Shown: positions 8,615-17,393 of the stretch, one piece after another
How positions within the stretch are numbered: the stretch's first letter is position 1
Layout: each line of letters begins with the position of its first letter
From: an uncultured Leptospirales bacterium
Lineage (GTDB): Bacteria > Spirochaetota > UBA4802 > JAFGDQ01
Assembly (NCBI GenBank): GCA_964631555.1
Contig: CAZVYR010000006.1
Span: forward strand, 1 to 34,114
DNA length: 34,114 nt
Direction: 5' to 3'
The notes under the pieces: generated by a model
The model's input: only the letters and a program-made list of their open reading frames with translations
What the model was told of the DNA's origin: nothing
The model's database searches: none
Made by a program: the position numbers and the translations under genes

Positions 8615-8633
8615 TTATCAATATTTATGTAAA
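8605..8633 (-). promoter_or_regulatory. Divergent sigma70-type promoter whose -10 overlaps the MCP promoter -10
   Basis: The minus strand reads TTTACA-TAAATATTGATAAATTA-TATAAT with a 17-nt spacer. Its -10 (8610..8605) overlaps the plus-strand -10 (8609-8614). Confidence 0.4.
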
Positions 8634-8827
8634 TCCATATATTTCATTATTACCCTCAGCGGGTAACTGTTTAAATACAACAACTTCTCAATAAACAGAA
8701 TAGAATGATCCGGTATATCCCAGCCTCAGGCCACAGGAGGAGTATGTTTATGTGCAGTTCCAGAATATTACTTTATTGATAAAAATAATTTTTCGCTGCC
8801 CTGTAATAAAAATATAAGGAGCTCCAA

Positions 8828-10249
8828 ATGGAATTATTAAGAAAGATACGCTTCGAGACTGAATCAGAAAAGAAGTTCGAGAGTTATTATCTTGGTAAAT
8901 CTCTCTTTATTATGAGATTTTCATTCATTCTGGCAATCTCTTTATATTGTATCTATGGCGTTCTGGATATAATAATGCTGCCTGAAACAAAATATATAGC
9001 CTGGATCATACGCTTTGCAATCATCATGCCTGTACTTATAGCAGGCCTATTCATTTCATTTTCAGATTTCTTTAAAAAATACAACCAGGTTATTTTAACT
9101 GTTGTTGCTGTAATATTAGGATACGGAGTAATTATAATGCTTATGTTTTCCAAAAAATCTGAAACCGGTAACAAATTTTATTTCACAGGTATACTTTTAG
9201 TTATTATGTGGATTTATGCTTTTTCAAGACTGCGGTTCTTCTATGCTACCGGATCAGCATTAATAATTACTATAGGTTATATTCTTATGGAAGTTCTGTT
9301 AAATGACAGGCTAAGGATGGGTTATATGAGTACAGACGGATCAATTATTATCAATAATACACTCTTCTTTGTATCAGCTAATATAATCGGGATATTTGCC
9401 AATTACAGTCTTGAAGTTTATATCAGGAATGACTTTCTCAAGGAACAAACAATAGCTGAACGAGGCAAAATAATCCATGAAAATCAGCAGAAAATAAATG
9501 ACGTATTAAAACAAATTCACGAAAGTTCCAATGTATTGACAGGATCATCATCCGACCTACATACCGCAGCACGACTCCTGAGCAATGGGGCAAACGACCA
9601 GGCAGCAGGTGTGGAACAAATAACATCTTCCCTCGAAGAAGTCGCCAGTACAATCTCCATGAATTCCGACAACGCGAAGCAGACCGACACTCTGGCCCAG
9701 ACTACTCTTACTAAAAGCAGGGAAGGAGGCCAGGCAGTGGAAGAAACCCTTACTGCAATGAAAAAGATCGAAGAAAACATAAAAATAATTACCGACATCG
9801 CTTTCCAGACAAACATTCTTTCTCTCAATGCCGCAATCGAAGCAGCAAGAGCAGGCGAGCATGGCAAGGGATTCTCCATAGTAGCCGGCGAAGTAAAAAG
9901 ACTTGCTGAGAACAGCAGGAATTCCGCCAAAGAAATAAACGACCTTGTCAGGTCAAGCGTACTTGTAGCTGAAAAAACAGGTGCCCTTTTCAAGGAAATT
10001 CTGCCGAATATCGCGAAAACAGCTTCCCTGGTTCAGGAGATCGCTCTTGCCTCAGAAGAACAATCATCCGGAGTAAACCAGATAAACAGGAGTATGGACC
10101 ATCTGAATGAAATAACTCAAAAAAATGCTTCACTCGCCGGAGAAGTTGAAACAACATCCGATTCTCTTAAAAGTCATGCAGAGAAGTTACTGGGGCTCGT
10201 TACAACTGTAGATGATAAAGAAGTAATTGATATACTGGAATCGGATTAA
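8828..10249 (+). CDS. Methyl-accepting chemotaxis protein with a 6-TM N-terminal module
   Basis: 473 aa. It has the highly conserved MCP signalling hairpin [39 protein letters not shown]. The N-terminal ~200 aa form six hydrophobic helices. The SD AAGGAG lies 6 nt upstream. Confidence 0.92.
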   Translation: MELLRKIRFETESEKKFESYYLGKSLFIMRFSFILAISLYCIYGVLDIIMLPETKYIAWIIRFAIIMPVLIAGLFISFSDFFKKYNQVILTVVAVILGYGVIIMLMFSKKSETGNKFYFTGILLVIMWIYAFSRLRFFYATGSALIITIGYILMEVLLNDRLRMGYMSTDGSIIINNTLFFVSANIIGIFANYSLEVYIRNDFLKEQTIAERGKIIHENQQKINDVLKQIHESSNVLTGSSSDLHTAARLLSNGANDQAAGVEQITSSLEEVASTISMNSDNAKQTDTLAQTTLTKSREGGQAVEETLTAMKKIEENIKIITDIAFQTNILSLNAAIEAARAGEHGKGFSIVAGEVKRLAENSRNSAKEINDLVRSSVLVAEKTGALFKEILPNIAKTASLVQEIALASEEQSSGVNQINRSMDHLNEITQKNASLAGEVETTSDSLKSHAEKLLGLVTTVDDKEVIDILESD

Positions 10250-10288
10250 AATTAAAAAAATCTTTAAGCTGCCTTTCTGCCACCTCTC

Positions 10289-11353
10289 ATGGAAAAACCA
10301 ACAGACCATACCGAACTTAATGTCATAGTCCTCCGCAATCACACTATGATGGCTATTGTACTAAACAGACCGGATTCCATCAACAGTCTGACACTGAATA
10401 TGGTACGAACTATGCGCAATGCACTTGAAGAAGCTGAAGCGGAAAAACAGTTCCGGTTTGTGCTCTTATATGGATACGGGGTAAAAGGATTCTGTGCAGG
10501 CGGGGATATCAAGACCCTGGCACATACAGTAATGACAAAGAGCAACCCCCCGGTCGGTACTTTTCTGGAAGAGGAATACAACCTTTGCCTTAAAATACAT
10601 AATTTCCCCAAACCCGTAATAGCCATGGTCCACGGTATAACCATGGGAGGCGGGCTCGGTCTTTGCGCAGGAGCCGATATTGTAATCGCAGCAGATGACA
10701 CGCGCATAGCCATGCCTGAAACTAAAATTGGCTTTTTCCCGGACGTAGGTGCTACCGGCTGGATGTTTACCAAGTGCCCGGCTGGATACCCTGAGTATTT
10801 GGGTCTGACCGGGCATGAAATACCCGGATCAGAAGCAGTACGACTGGGTTTAGCATCCAGACTTGTAAGAAGAAACCAGATGGATAAAACAATTGCCCTT
10901 GTGCAAAACTTTTACGGGAACCCGGCCTGTGATAGAAAACAGGCTGCAACAGAGATCATTGCTCCGCTCAATTCCCTGTTAATAAACAATATCCCTCAAA
11001 AACCTGAAACTGATGACTGGGTAGCCGAACACTTTGCCGGAAAAACCTCTGTTAAAGACATAATAGATTCTTTACGAAAATGCAGAAATCAATCTGTCTT
11101 ATGTGCCGAAGTCTTTCAAAACCTGCCCGAAAGATCCCCGACTGCCCTGGCCCTTACTCTCAAACTTCTGCGCTATAACGAACAAAGGCCTTTGAAAGAC
11201 GTATTCAAAACCGAATTAAAAGCAGCAGTCTTCATGATGCACCACCCCGACTTTCTTGAAGGCGTACGTGCGAGAATATTTGACAAAGACGACAATCCTG
11301 CCTGGCAGCCTGCAACCATCGAAGAAGTTGAAGACCTGGATATTGATTTATAA
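10289..11353 (+). CDS. Enoyl-CoA hydratase/isomerase superfamily protein, 3-hydroxyisobutyryl-CoA hydrolase-like
   Basis: 354 aa. It has AIVLNRPDSINSL, GFCAGGDIK, ITMGGGLGL and MPETKIGFFPDVGA, plus a long C-terminal helical extension typical of the ECH_2/HIBCH subgroup. It starts 40 nt after the MCP stop. Confidence 0.85.
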   Translation: MEKPTDHTELNVIVLRNHTMMAIVLNRPDSINSLTLNMVRTMRNALEEAEAEKQFRFVLLYGYGVKGFCAGGDIKTLAHTVMTKSNPPVGTFLEEEYNLCLKIHNFPKPVIAMVHGITMGGGLGLCAGADIVIAADDTRIAMPETKIGFFPDVGATGWMFTKCPAGYPEYLGLTGHEIPGSEAVRLGLASRLVRRNQMDKTIALVQNFYGNPACDRKQAATEIIAPLNSLLINNIPQKPETDDWVAEHFAGKTSVKDIIDSLRKCRNQSVLCAEVFQNLPERSPTALALTLKLLRYNEQRPLKDVFKTELKAAVFMMHHPDFLEGVRARIFDKDDNPAWQPATIEEVEDLDIDL

Positions 11354-11438
11354 CCTGGTTTTATTTTAAATATTTTCTTACTGTACGGACAATAAACAAA
11401 CATGTCATCCGTCTTTTTAATGAATTACCAGTGTTCTC

Positions 11439-12410
11439 TTAGAGATCGATCAGATAAGTTGCAGAAACAATTATCCCGTGAAAAACATCGACCTCTTCAG
11501 CAGAGTCAATAGCGTCCCCGTCAGCATTACTATCTATTTTCTCAACCTCTACATTCAGCCTGCGATACTGGTAACCCGCTTCCAGGTTAACATTTTCACT
11601 TAACTTATACCCGATGATGATCTCGCCAAAAATCATATAAGCGCTCTTTATTTCGCCCCCGCTGTTTTTAATATCATCATCAAAAAAAGTACTCCTTATC
11701 CTGATATCCTGTTCCACACCGCCTGCAAACGGAATACCGAAACCCAGATTCCCGTTGAATATGAATTTCTGAAAAAACGGCCTTATATATGCAGCGCCCG
11801 CATATACCATGTGCATATTCGAATCGAGACTGAAATCAAGAGAAGCAGACATGGAATCTCCGTTAAACGAAACAGAATAATCAGCTTTTTCTTCCGAAGA
11901 AAATGCCTCATATTTATAACCCGCGAATATGCCGAACGTATTCATAAACAGTCTTTGTACTCTCAGGTCAATTTCCTTATAATCTATTTCAAGCTCTGTG
12001 TTTATACCAACCGGACGTTTTACTGTACCTACAACCGGGAAATCCCCTTCAACCATAACCGATGAATCCACGCTCGTTGTATAGAACCCGAACCACATAA
12101 TCGCTGAACTGAATTGCCATTTTTTATCTCCGGTTTCATAAGCAATCACCGGGCCAAAGCAGGGGCCCTTGCTCTCAGGATCACCGACCTTAAGACTGTC
12201 ATAATCAATAAAATCGGGCAAATCATCCTTAGCCTGGTCCATTTCCCGTTTTAACTGGCTTTCCAAGGCCTGCGTATTCATCTTCGCAAGCCCTGAATCC
12301 CAGAAAGTATACCACCCCTGCACACCTGCCGAAAGAGTTCCAGCAAACACCGGATTGCCTGCGAGCAAAAAAACAGACACAAGCATAAGGACTTTTAATC
12401 CTTGTTTCAT
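11439..12410 (-). CDS. Putative outer-membrane beta-barrel protein
   Basis: The start is set at the internal Met (MKQGLKVLMLVSVFLLAGNPVFA, a signal peptide), which is preceded by AGGAG. The remainder shows an alternating amphipathic strand pattern. The family is unknown. Confidence 0.55.
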   Translation of the reverse strand: MKQGLKVLMLVSVFLLAGNPVFAGTLSAGVQGWYTFWDSGLAKMNTQALESQLKREMDQAKDDLPDFIDYDSLKVGDPESKGPCFGPVIAYETGDKKWQFSSAIMWFGFYTTSVDSSVMVEGDFPVVGTVKRPVGINTELEIDYKEIDLRVQRLFMNTFGIFAGYKYEAFSSEEKADYSVSFNGDSMSASLDFSLDSNMHMVYAGAAYIRPFFQKFIFNGNLGFGIPFAGGVEQDIRIRSTFFDDDIKNSGGEIKSAYMIFGEIIIGYKLSENVNLEAGYQYRRLNVEVEKIDSNADGDAIDSAEEVDVFHGIIVSATYLIDL

Positions 12411-12742
12411 TTTTTTTCTCCTGTAAAGTAATGATAAATACACTGTACAGCTTTCACTTGCATAGTGCCAACAATGAAAAACAACTTCCGCCTTAAACTG
12501 GAATGCGCCGGTTACAGTGCATTGTGTTATCAATATCTCAATTATATATTTTAAACAGCGAGATGTCTGGTCAATTCAAGGTAATACCAGAAAATGGCGC
12601 AATCTCAGATTTAAAAATAATAACATACATAAATTGTTTAATGATATAATCCTCCTGCCCGATCACAGGGCCAAACCCGGGTTTCCGGCTCCATGTGTTT
12701 CTCACTTCTCCAAAAGCTCCGAATTCTGTCTCATTTAAACCC

Positions 12743-12763
12743 TTCCCCTCCGTTTCAGAGTCG
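12743..12763 (+). repeat. Dispersed pyrimidine-rich motif, locus 2
   Basis: TTCCCCTCCGTTTCAGAGTCG. It is embedded in a TCC-rich island spanning 12650-12857. Confidence 0.8.
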
Positions 12764-12964
12764 TAATACCTGTATTTAAAAAGTGTTTCACATCTGTCCC
12801 GGCAACTCCTGCATTAAGAAAAACCTGAAAGCTAATTGACATAATAATCACAGTCTCCCTTATTGATATAAATTATTACCGGAAAATACAACCATTACTG
12901 TCTTCTGAGTAACTAAATTTTAAAACAACATATTTTACAGCTTTTGACAGTTACTCTAATATTT

Positions 12965-13030
12965 GTTCCCGCTCTCTGAGCGGAACCGCCCTGCGGGCGG
13001 AATGGGTTTCTAACCTGTAAGGTTTTAATA
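12965..13030 (+). other. GC-rich structured element in the leader of the MFS gene (unclassified)
   Basis: Consecutive hairpins are GTTCCCGCTC-tct-GAGCGGAAC, CGCCC-tgc-GGGCG and AACC-tgta-AGGTT. Then GGGT (13004-13007) can pair with ACCC (13035-13038), just upstream of the SD GGAG (13039-13042). The element ends 20 nt before the ATG at 13050. Confidence 0.25.
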
Positions 13031-13049
13031 TAGCACCCGGAGCCGGCTA

Positions 13050-14282
13050 ATGAAGACTGAACATATAAACACCAAGCCAAGACAGAAATATCTCGGGGAT
13101 AAAGGAATAGTCGCGCTGATAGTCTTTCTAACAGCGTTCATCCCTCTTGCCACAGACCTCTATCTCCCTGCCTTGCCGAACATGGCCGCGTATTTCAACG
13201 CGCCTGTAAATCTCGTAAACCTGACATTGATATTATTTTTTATTTTCTTCGCGATCGGCACTCTCTTCTGGGGCCCTCTAAGCGATAAATACGGCCGCAA
13301 ACCCATATTGCTGACCGGGCTTGCAATATTTACAATATCAAGCTTCATGTGCGCGCATGCGGCAAATATCTACCAGCTCATATTATTCAGGGTATTGCAG
13401 GCAATCGGAAGCGGCGCACCCACCGCGATAGCGACAGCTCTTGTAAAGGATATTTATTCCGGGCACAGGCGTGAATCCATACTCGCGATAGTCCAGTCAA
13501 TGGTAGTAATCATTCCAATAATAGCGCCGAGCCTGGGAGCTCTTTTACTGCAATTCGCATCATGGCGGGGTATCTTCTGGATGCTTTCTTTTACCGGTGT
13601 CATAACAATTATAATAGGTATAATGCTGGAAGAAACAATAATAAACCGGCACCAGGGAACGGTCCTTCAAACACTTGGCCGCCTGGGAACAGTGCTTAAA
13701 AACCAGGGATTCGCCTCTCTTCTTCTTATTTTCTCATTTCTTCCCATACCCATGATGGCCTTTTTAGCCTCATCCTCGTATATATATATTAACGGATTCG
13801 GTTTAAGTGAACAGGCATACAGCCTGTTCTTTGCCATAAACGCTATATTCGCGTCGACAGGTCCATTTGTATATCTAACCCTGGTTAAAAAATTTAAACG
13901 AGGATCCATCATTCTTTCTAGCTTTGCTCTGGTCATATTAAGCGGAACAATGATTTACACTTTCGGCAATATCAATCCCTTTATATTCGCTCTCACAATG
14001 GTACCTTCTTCTATATTCCTCAGCGCCCTGCGGCCTCCGGGCATAAACCTTATGCTGGAACAGCAGGATACTGACACTGGGTCTGCGTCATCCCTGATAC
14101 TCTGCTTCGGAATTCTGACAGGCAGCATCGGTATGTTTGCTGTTTCTTTTAACCGGGGCAATATGATTTCAGTTCTTGGTATTCTGCATATAATAACAGG
14201 AATATTATGCGTTTCCCTGTGGATGTTAGTATCAGGCAAACCTTATATTAAACATGCGCCTGAGATCGCAAAAAAGAAATAG
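13050..14282 (+). CDS. MFS transporter, Bcr/CflA-type drug-resistance subfamily
   Basis: 410 aa and 12 TM. It has LPALPNMAAYF near TM1, GPLSDKYGRKPILL (MFS motif A) and RVLQAIGSGAP. Confidence 0.85.
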   Translation: MKTEHINTKPRQKYLGDKGIVALIVFLTAFIPLATDLYLPALPNMAAYFNAPVNLVNLTLILFFIFFAIGTLFWGPLSDKYGRKPILLTGLAIFTISSFMCAHAANIYQLILFRVLQAIGSGAPTAIATALVKDIYSGHRRESILAIVQSMVVIIPIIAPSLGALLLQFASWRGIFWMLSFTGVITIIIGIMLEETIINRHQGTVLQTLGRLGTVLKNQGFASLLLIFSFLPIPMMAFLASSSYIYINGFGLSEQAYSLFFAINAIFASTGPFVYLTLVKKFKRGSIILSSFALVILSGTMIYTFGNINPFIFALTMVPSSIFLSALRPPGINLMLEQQDTDTGSASSLILCFGILTGSIGMFAVSFNRGNMISVLGILHIITGILCVSLWMLVSGKPYIKHAPEIAKKK

Positions 14283-14349
14283 CAGGATATTCTGGCCAAT
14301 AAGCTCCTGCGCGTCCGGCCCACAGAGATAATGCACATTTCAAAACCGA

Positions 14350-15672
14350 TCATTCAAAACTCAGCGAGTACGCGATCTCCCTGAGATTTTTCTTCATTTC
14401 ATCATCATATTTAATGCTTAAACATATCAGTTGAATTGAGATAAGCTGATCCCCATGTATCGCATTCAGGATCAGAACAACTGCCTTGCTTGCGCCAATG
14501 AAACGTTGTATTTCAATTTCCCCTTCAATAGCCGGTGTCCCGTCTTTCAGGCTTATTTGCTTTTCATAAATTATATCATTCTTCATTCCAGCGGTATCTG
14601 AAAAAAGCCTGGAAAATGAACTGATCGAGTTCTTTAATCCTTCAGGCGGAGCATTATTGATTACAACAGTCATATCCGGGAACACAAAAGGGCTGATCGC
14701 ATTGAAGTCGAACTTCCTCAGGATAGTAGGCTCCTGCTCAACCCAGTCGCCCGGATAAGAGATTGAAAAGTCCGGGGAATGGTGAGTGTAGGTCTTATTA
14801 TCTTTTCTATCAATACCTGCATCCAGAGAACTCATTGCTTCTCTAAGTTCCTGCGCATGAGTGATAATAGTATTCATTCTGATTTCAGCGAATTGCAGAA
14901 ATTCCGGATGTGGGATAATATACAATCGTTTTCCCCGGATTGAATTGATCACCATTTGGGCAACAATATCAGGGCTGGTTCCCGCTTCCAACTGTCTTTT
15001 CCCGTTCTCGATAAAGGGTTTGTAAATCTTCTTTTTTTCATCGGGCACCTGGTACAAACCTTCTTTTTTCGCAGAGAGTATTTCAACATTTTTGAAGATA
15101 CTGGTTTTTACATATCCGGGGCAAAGAACGGATACACTTACATTTGTATTTTGAGTTTGATAACTAAGAGCTTCAGTCAAAGCAACCACACCGTATTTAG
15201 CTACTCCATAAGTTGATGATGCTCCCCCGGCCAGCCCCGCCATAGAAGCAGTATTGACTATGTGACATTCTTCCTTAGCAGCCAGCATACGCCTAAGGAA
15301 AAAATGCACTCCGTAGATTACACCGTAAAGATTTACTCCGAGCATCCAGTCCCAGTCTTCAAGATTGATCTCAGCGAACATGCCTCCGCCGCCGATACCC
15401 GCGTTATTACAAAGGATGTTGACCTTGCCGAAACCCTGGTAAGCGTCCTCGGCGAGCTGGAACATCTGCTTCCTGTCGCTGACATCCACGGTTTTGCTCA
15501 TTACTTCAGCGCCGATTTCACTGATCTCTTTAGCGACTGCTTTCAGCGAATCCGGATTAATATCCACGATTACAAGCTTCATACCTTCCCTTGCAAATGC
15601 CAGTGCCATTGAGCGTCCTATACCATCACCTGCTCCTGTGACCAGCGCAACCTTATTTTTAAAATCCTTCAT
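14350..15672 (-). CDS. Short-chain dehydrogenase/reductase (SDR) with an additional ~140-aa C-terminal domain
   Basis: The start is taken at MKDFKNKVALVTGAGDGIGR, which carries the TGxxxGIG cofactor motif. NNAGIG and the catalytic YGVAKYG (YxxxK) are present. Residues from about 300 onward (YTHHSPDFSISYPGDWVEQEP...) lie outside the SDR fold. Confidence 0.85.
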   Translation of the reverse strand: MKDFKNKVALVTGAGDGIGRSMALAFAREGMKLVIVDINPDSLKAVAKEISEIGAEVMSKTVDVSDRKQMFQLAEDAYQGFGKVNILCNNAGIGGGGMFAEINLEDWDWMLGVNLYGVIYGVHFFLRRMLAAKEECHIVNTASMAGLAGGASSTYGVAKYGVVALTEALSYQTQNTNVSVSVLCPGYVKTSIFKNVEILSAKKEGLYQVPDEKKKIYKPFIENGKRQLEAGTSPDIVAQMVINSIRGKRLYIIPHPEFLQFAEIRMNTIITHAQELREAMSSLDAGIDRKDNKTYTHHSPDFSISYPGDWVEQEPTILRKFDFNAISPFVFPDMTVVINNAPPEGLKNSISSFSRLFSDTAGMKNDIIYEKQISLKDGTPAIEGEIEIQRFIGASKAVVLILNAIHGDQLISIQLICLSIKYDDEMKKNLREIAYSLSFE

Positions 15673-15899
15673 AAGACATTTCCCCCTTCTTAATAAATAA
15701 TTATTCAGCAATATGCCTTTATAATTCGATTACAACATGAACAGTTGCAGGAGGATCTTAGAAAGATTAAGTATTGCGAGGCAGTTGCTTTTATGCAGGA
15801 CAGGCTAAAATAAAGATTTGCCTGTTTATAAATTATAACAAAATACAAATAAAGTATGTTTATTTCAAAAGATAAAAACTGATAAGCCAAGCAAAACAA

Positions 15900-16256
15900 T
15901 CAGCGGATTTTTATCTTATTATATCCTTTATCATTAAAAGGCTGGAGCTTCTGTATCCACATGTCTTCAAGGGTCTCTAATTCCTTAGTATAATCATAAT
16001 TCATTTCTTCCTTCGGCTCCAGATAATCCAGAACCTCAAAGGAAAAACCCCGATCTCCAACCTCATTGTATTCTTTTTGCATTTCTTTATTAGGATGAAG
16101 ACCATTTTTCAGTTGAAACTTGTGGCTGTTCATTTTCCCGGTCAGGTTCTTTGCACTCCCGATAAACAGCCTGCCGTTTATAGTATTCTTTATTTGATAA
16201 ACCCCCATAGGCTGAACAGTTTCTTTATATTTTCTTACAAGCTCTTTTTTGTTCAT
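15900..16256 (-). CDS. Small stand-alone GIY-YIG domain protein
   Basis: 118 aa. GVYQIKNTINGRLFIGSAKNL....HKFQLKNGLHPNKEMQKEYNEVG..FSFEVL is the classical GIY..YIG..R..H/N..E layout. A strong SD GGAGGA lies upstream. Confidence 0.85.
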   Translation of the reverse strand: MNKKELVRKYKETVQPMGVYQIKNTINGRLFIGSAKNLTGKMNSHKFQLKNGLHPNKEMQKEYNEVGDRGFSFEVLDYLEPKEEMNYDYTKELETLEDMWIQKLQPFNDKGYNKIKIR

Positions 16257-16441
16257 CCGTCCTCCGGGAGATTGATTATAATACTAAATCCATAAGTATA
16301 ATTTATAGGACTAACTTTTTTAGCATACTCTGGAAATAACTGATGTATCTATATAAAGCATTAAATATCTTTCAAGTAAAAAATAAATACTCATTAAAAT
16401 TCAAAAACGGATAATGGTTGACCTTTTTCGAATGATATGAT

Positions 16442-16485
16442 TTTCAGAGTCGCTTCCTCTACGTTTCAGAGTCGCTTCCTCTACG
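16442..16485 (+). repeat. Exact 22-bp tandem duplication of the dispersed motif (locus 3)
   Basis: TTTCAGAGTCGCTTCCTCTACG occurs twice with no spacer. The junction reads CTTCCTCTACGTTTCAGAGTCG, which is the locus-2 sequence extended by one upstream C (12742-12763) with 2 substitutions. Confidence 0.9.
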
Positions 16486-16643
16486 TAATGTAATTGCTTG
16501 CCTTATGAGGACCACTCTCAACCTGGTAATAAAATAACAGATTATTACTGTTCTATAAAAAAAGCTTGCTTCAATTAAAAATAAAAATTCTATTTATCGA
16601 TAAAATTTTCCTTTTAAACTTAATATCAAAAACGGATATTATT

Positions 16644-17393
16644 ATGACAATAATTACAGACCCATATTTTTATATCGTGGCAATACCTGCCGTGCTTTTT
16701 TATGGAATGGCAAAAGGAGGACTCGGCCCTGGACCTGCTGCAATTGCAGTCCCCATAATGTCATTTGTCATAGATCCTGTACAGGCTGCGGCAATTATGC
16801 TTCCCATACTTTGTGTAATGGACCTTTTTGCAGTATGGAACTTCAGGAAACACTATGACCTTTATTATCTTAAAATACTGCTGCCTGCGGGAATAACCGG
16901 AATAATCATTGCCTCATTTCTTATGGGACATCTCAATGCAGACGCACTAAAATTCATAATAGGGATTATAGCAGTATTATTCTGCTTAAATTACTGGTTT
17001 AAATCAGAAGATCACAAAAAGAAAAAACCCGGAGTACTAAGCGGGTACTTCTGGGGAACCGTAGCAGGATTTACAAGCACACAGATACACGCAGGCGGAC
17101 CTCCAATCAGTGTTTATCTGTATCCGCAGAAACTGGACAAGCTAGTGCTCATGGGCACAATTGCACTCTTTTTTATAGTAATAAATTATCTCAAGTTAAT
17201 ACCGTATGCATTACTGGGCCAGTTGGATTCCACAAACCTGCTGACATCTCTTGTGCTCATGCCGTTAGCTCCTGTAGGAGTCAAGCTCGGTTATATTGTT
17301 TTAAATAAGATCAGCCAGAAAACAATATACAGGTTTTTATACATAGTCCTGTTCTTATCAGGATGCAAATTACTTTACGACAGCATCTTTTAA
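16644..17393 (+). CDS. TauE/SafE (TSUP) family anion permease
   Basis: The start is set at the ATG at 16644 (MTIITDPYFYIVAIPAVLFYGMAKGGLG), giving 249 aa, the normal family length. The ORF-track start at 16566 is a TTG in AT-rich spacer. The protein is a multi-TM with the duplicated G-rich pattern (GFTSTQIHAGGPPISVYL). Confidence 0.85.
   Translation: MTIITDPYFYIVAIPAVLFYGMAKGGLGPGPAAIAVPIMSFVIDPVQAAAIMLPILCVMDLFAVWNFRKHYDLYYLKILLPAGITGIIIASFLMGHLNADALKFIIGIIAVLFCLNYWFKSEDHKKKKPGVLSGYFWGTVAGFTSTQIHAGGPPISVYLYPQKLDKLVLMGTIALFFIVINYLKLIPYALLGQLDSTNLLTSLVLMPLAPVGVKLGYIVLNKISQKTIYRFLYIVLFLSGCKLLYDSIF

Noticed and set aside
12411-12533. The N-terminal 41-codon extension of the OM beta-barrel ORF. 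The same issue applies to 8379-8396 for the porin, 15673-15711 for the SDR and 16566-16643 for TauE.
   Set aside because: In each case an internal Met is preceded by a good SD (or, for TauE, gives the normal family length). That internal Met begins the signal peptide or conserved N-terminus, and the extension has no such support.
12965-13030. Resemblance of GAACCGCCCTGCGGGCGGAATGGG to the AACCGCC...hairpin...CUGAUG core of the fluoride (crcB) riboswitch.
   Set aside because: The 5' GGnGAUGG..UUC pseudoknot half and the CUGAUGA segment are missing. The downstream gene is a Bcr/CflA-type MFS pump rather than crcB or eriC. I keep it only as an unclassified structured leader.
15705-15899. A 64-aa minus-strand ORF between the GIY-YIG and SDR genes.
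   Set aside because: It has an AT-rich spacer translation (Cys/Phe/Ile/Tyr-rich), no SD, and overlaps the extended SDR reading frame.
16442-16485. The 22-bp tandem repeat beginning GTTTCAGAG-like, considered as a CRISPR array.
   Set aside because: The two units abut with no spacer, there are only two copies, and no cas genes or leader are present. It is a tandem duplication of the dispersed motif.
16401-16638. An exact 13-nt direct repeat TCAAAAACGGATA (16401-16413 and 16626-16638) flanking the tandem motif, considered as a target-site duplication of a MITE.
   Set aside because: The enclosed 212 bp has no terminal inverted repeats. A 13-mer match in AT-rich DNA at this distance is not clearly beyond chance, and 13 bp is long for a TSD.
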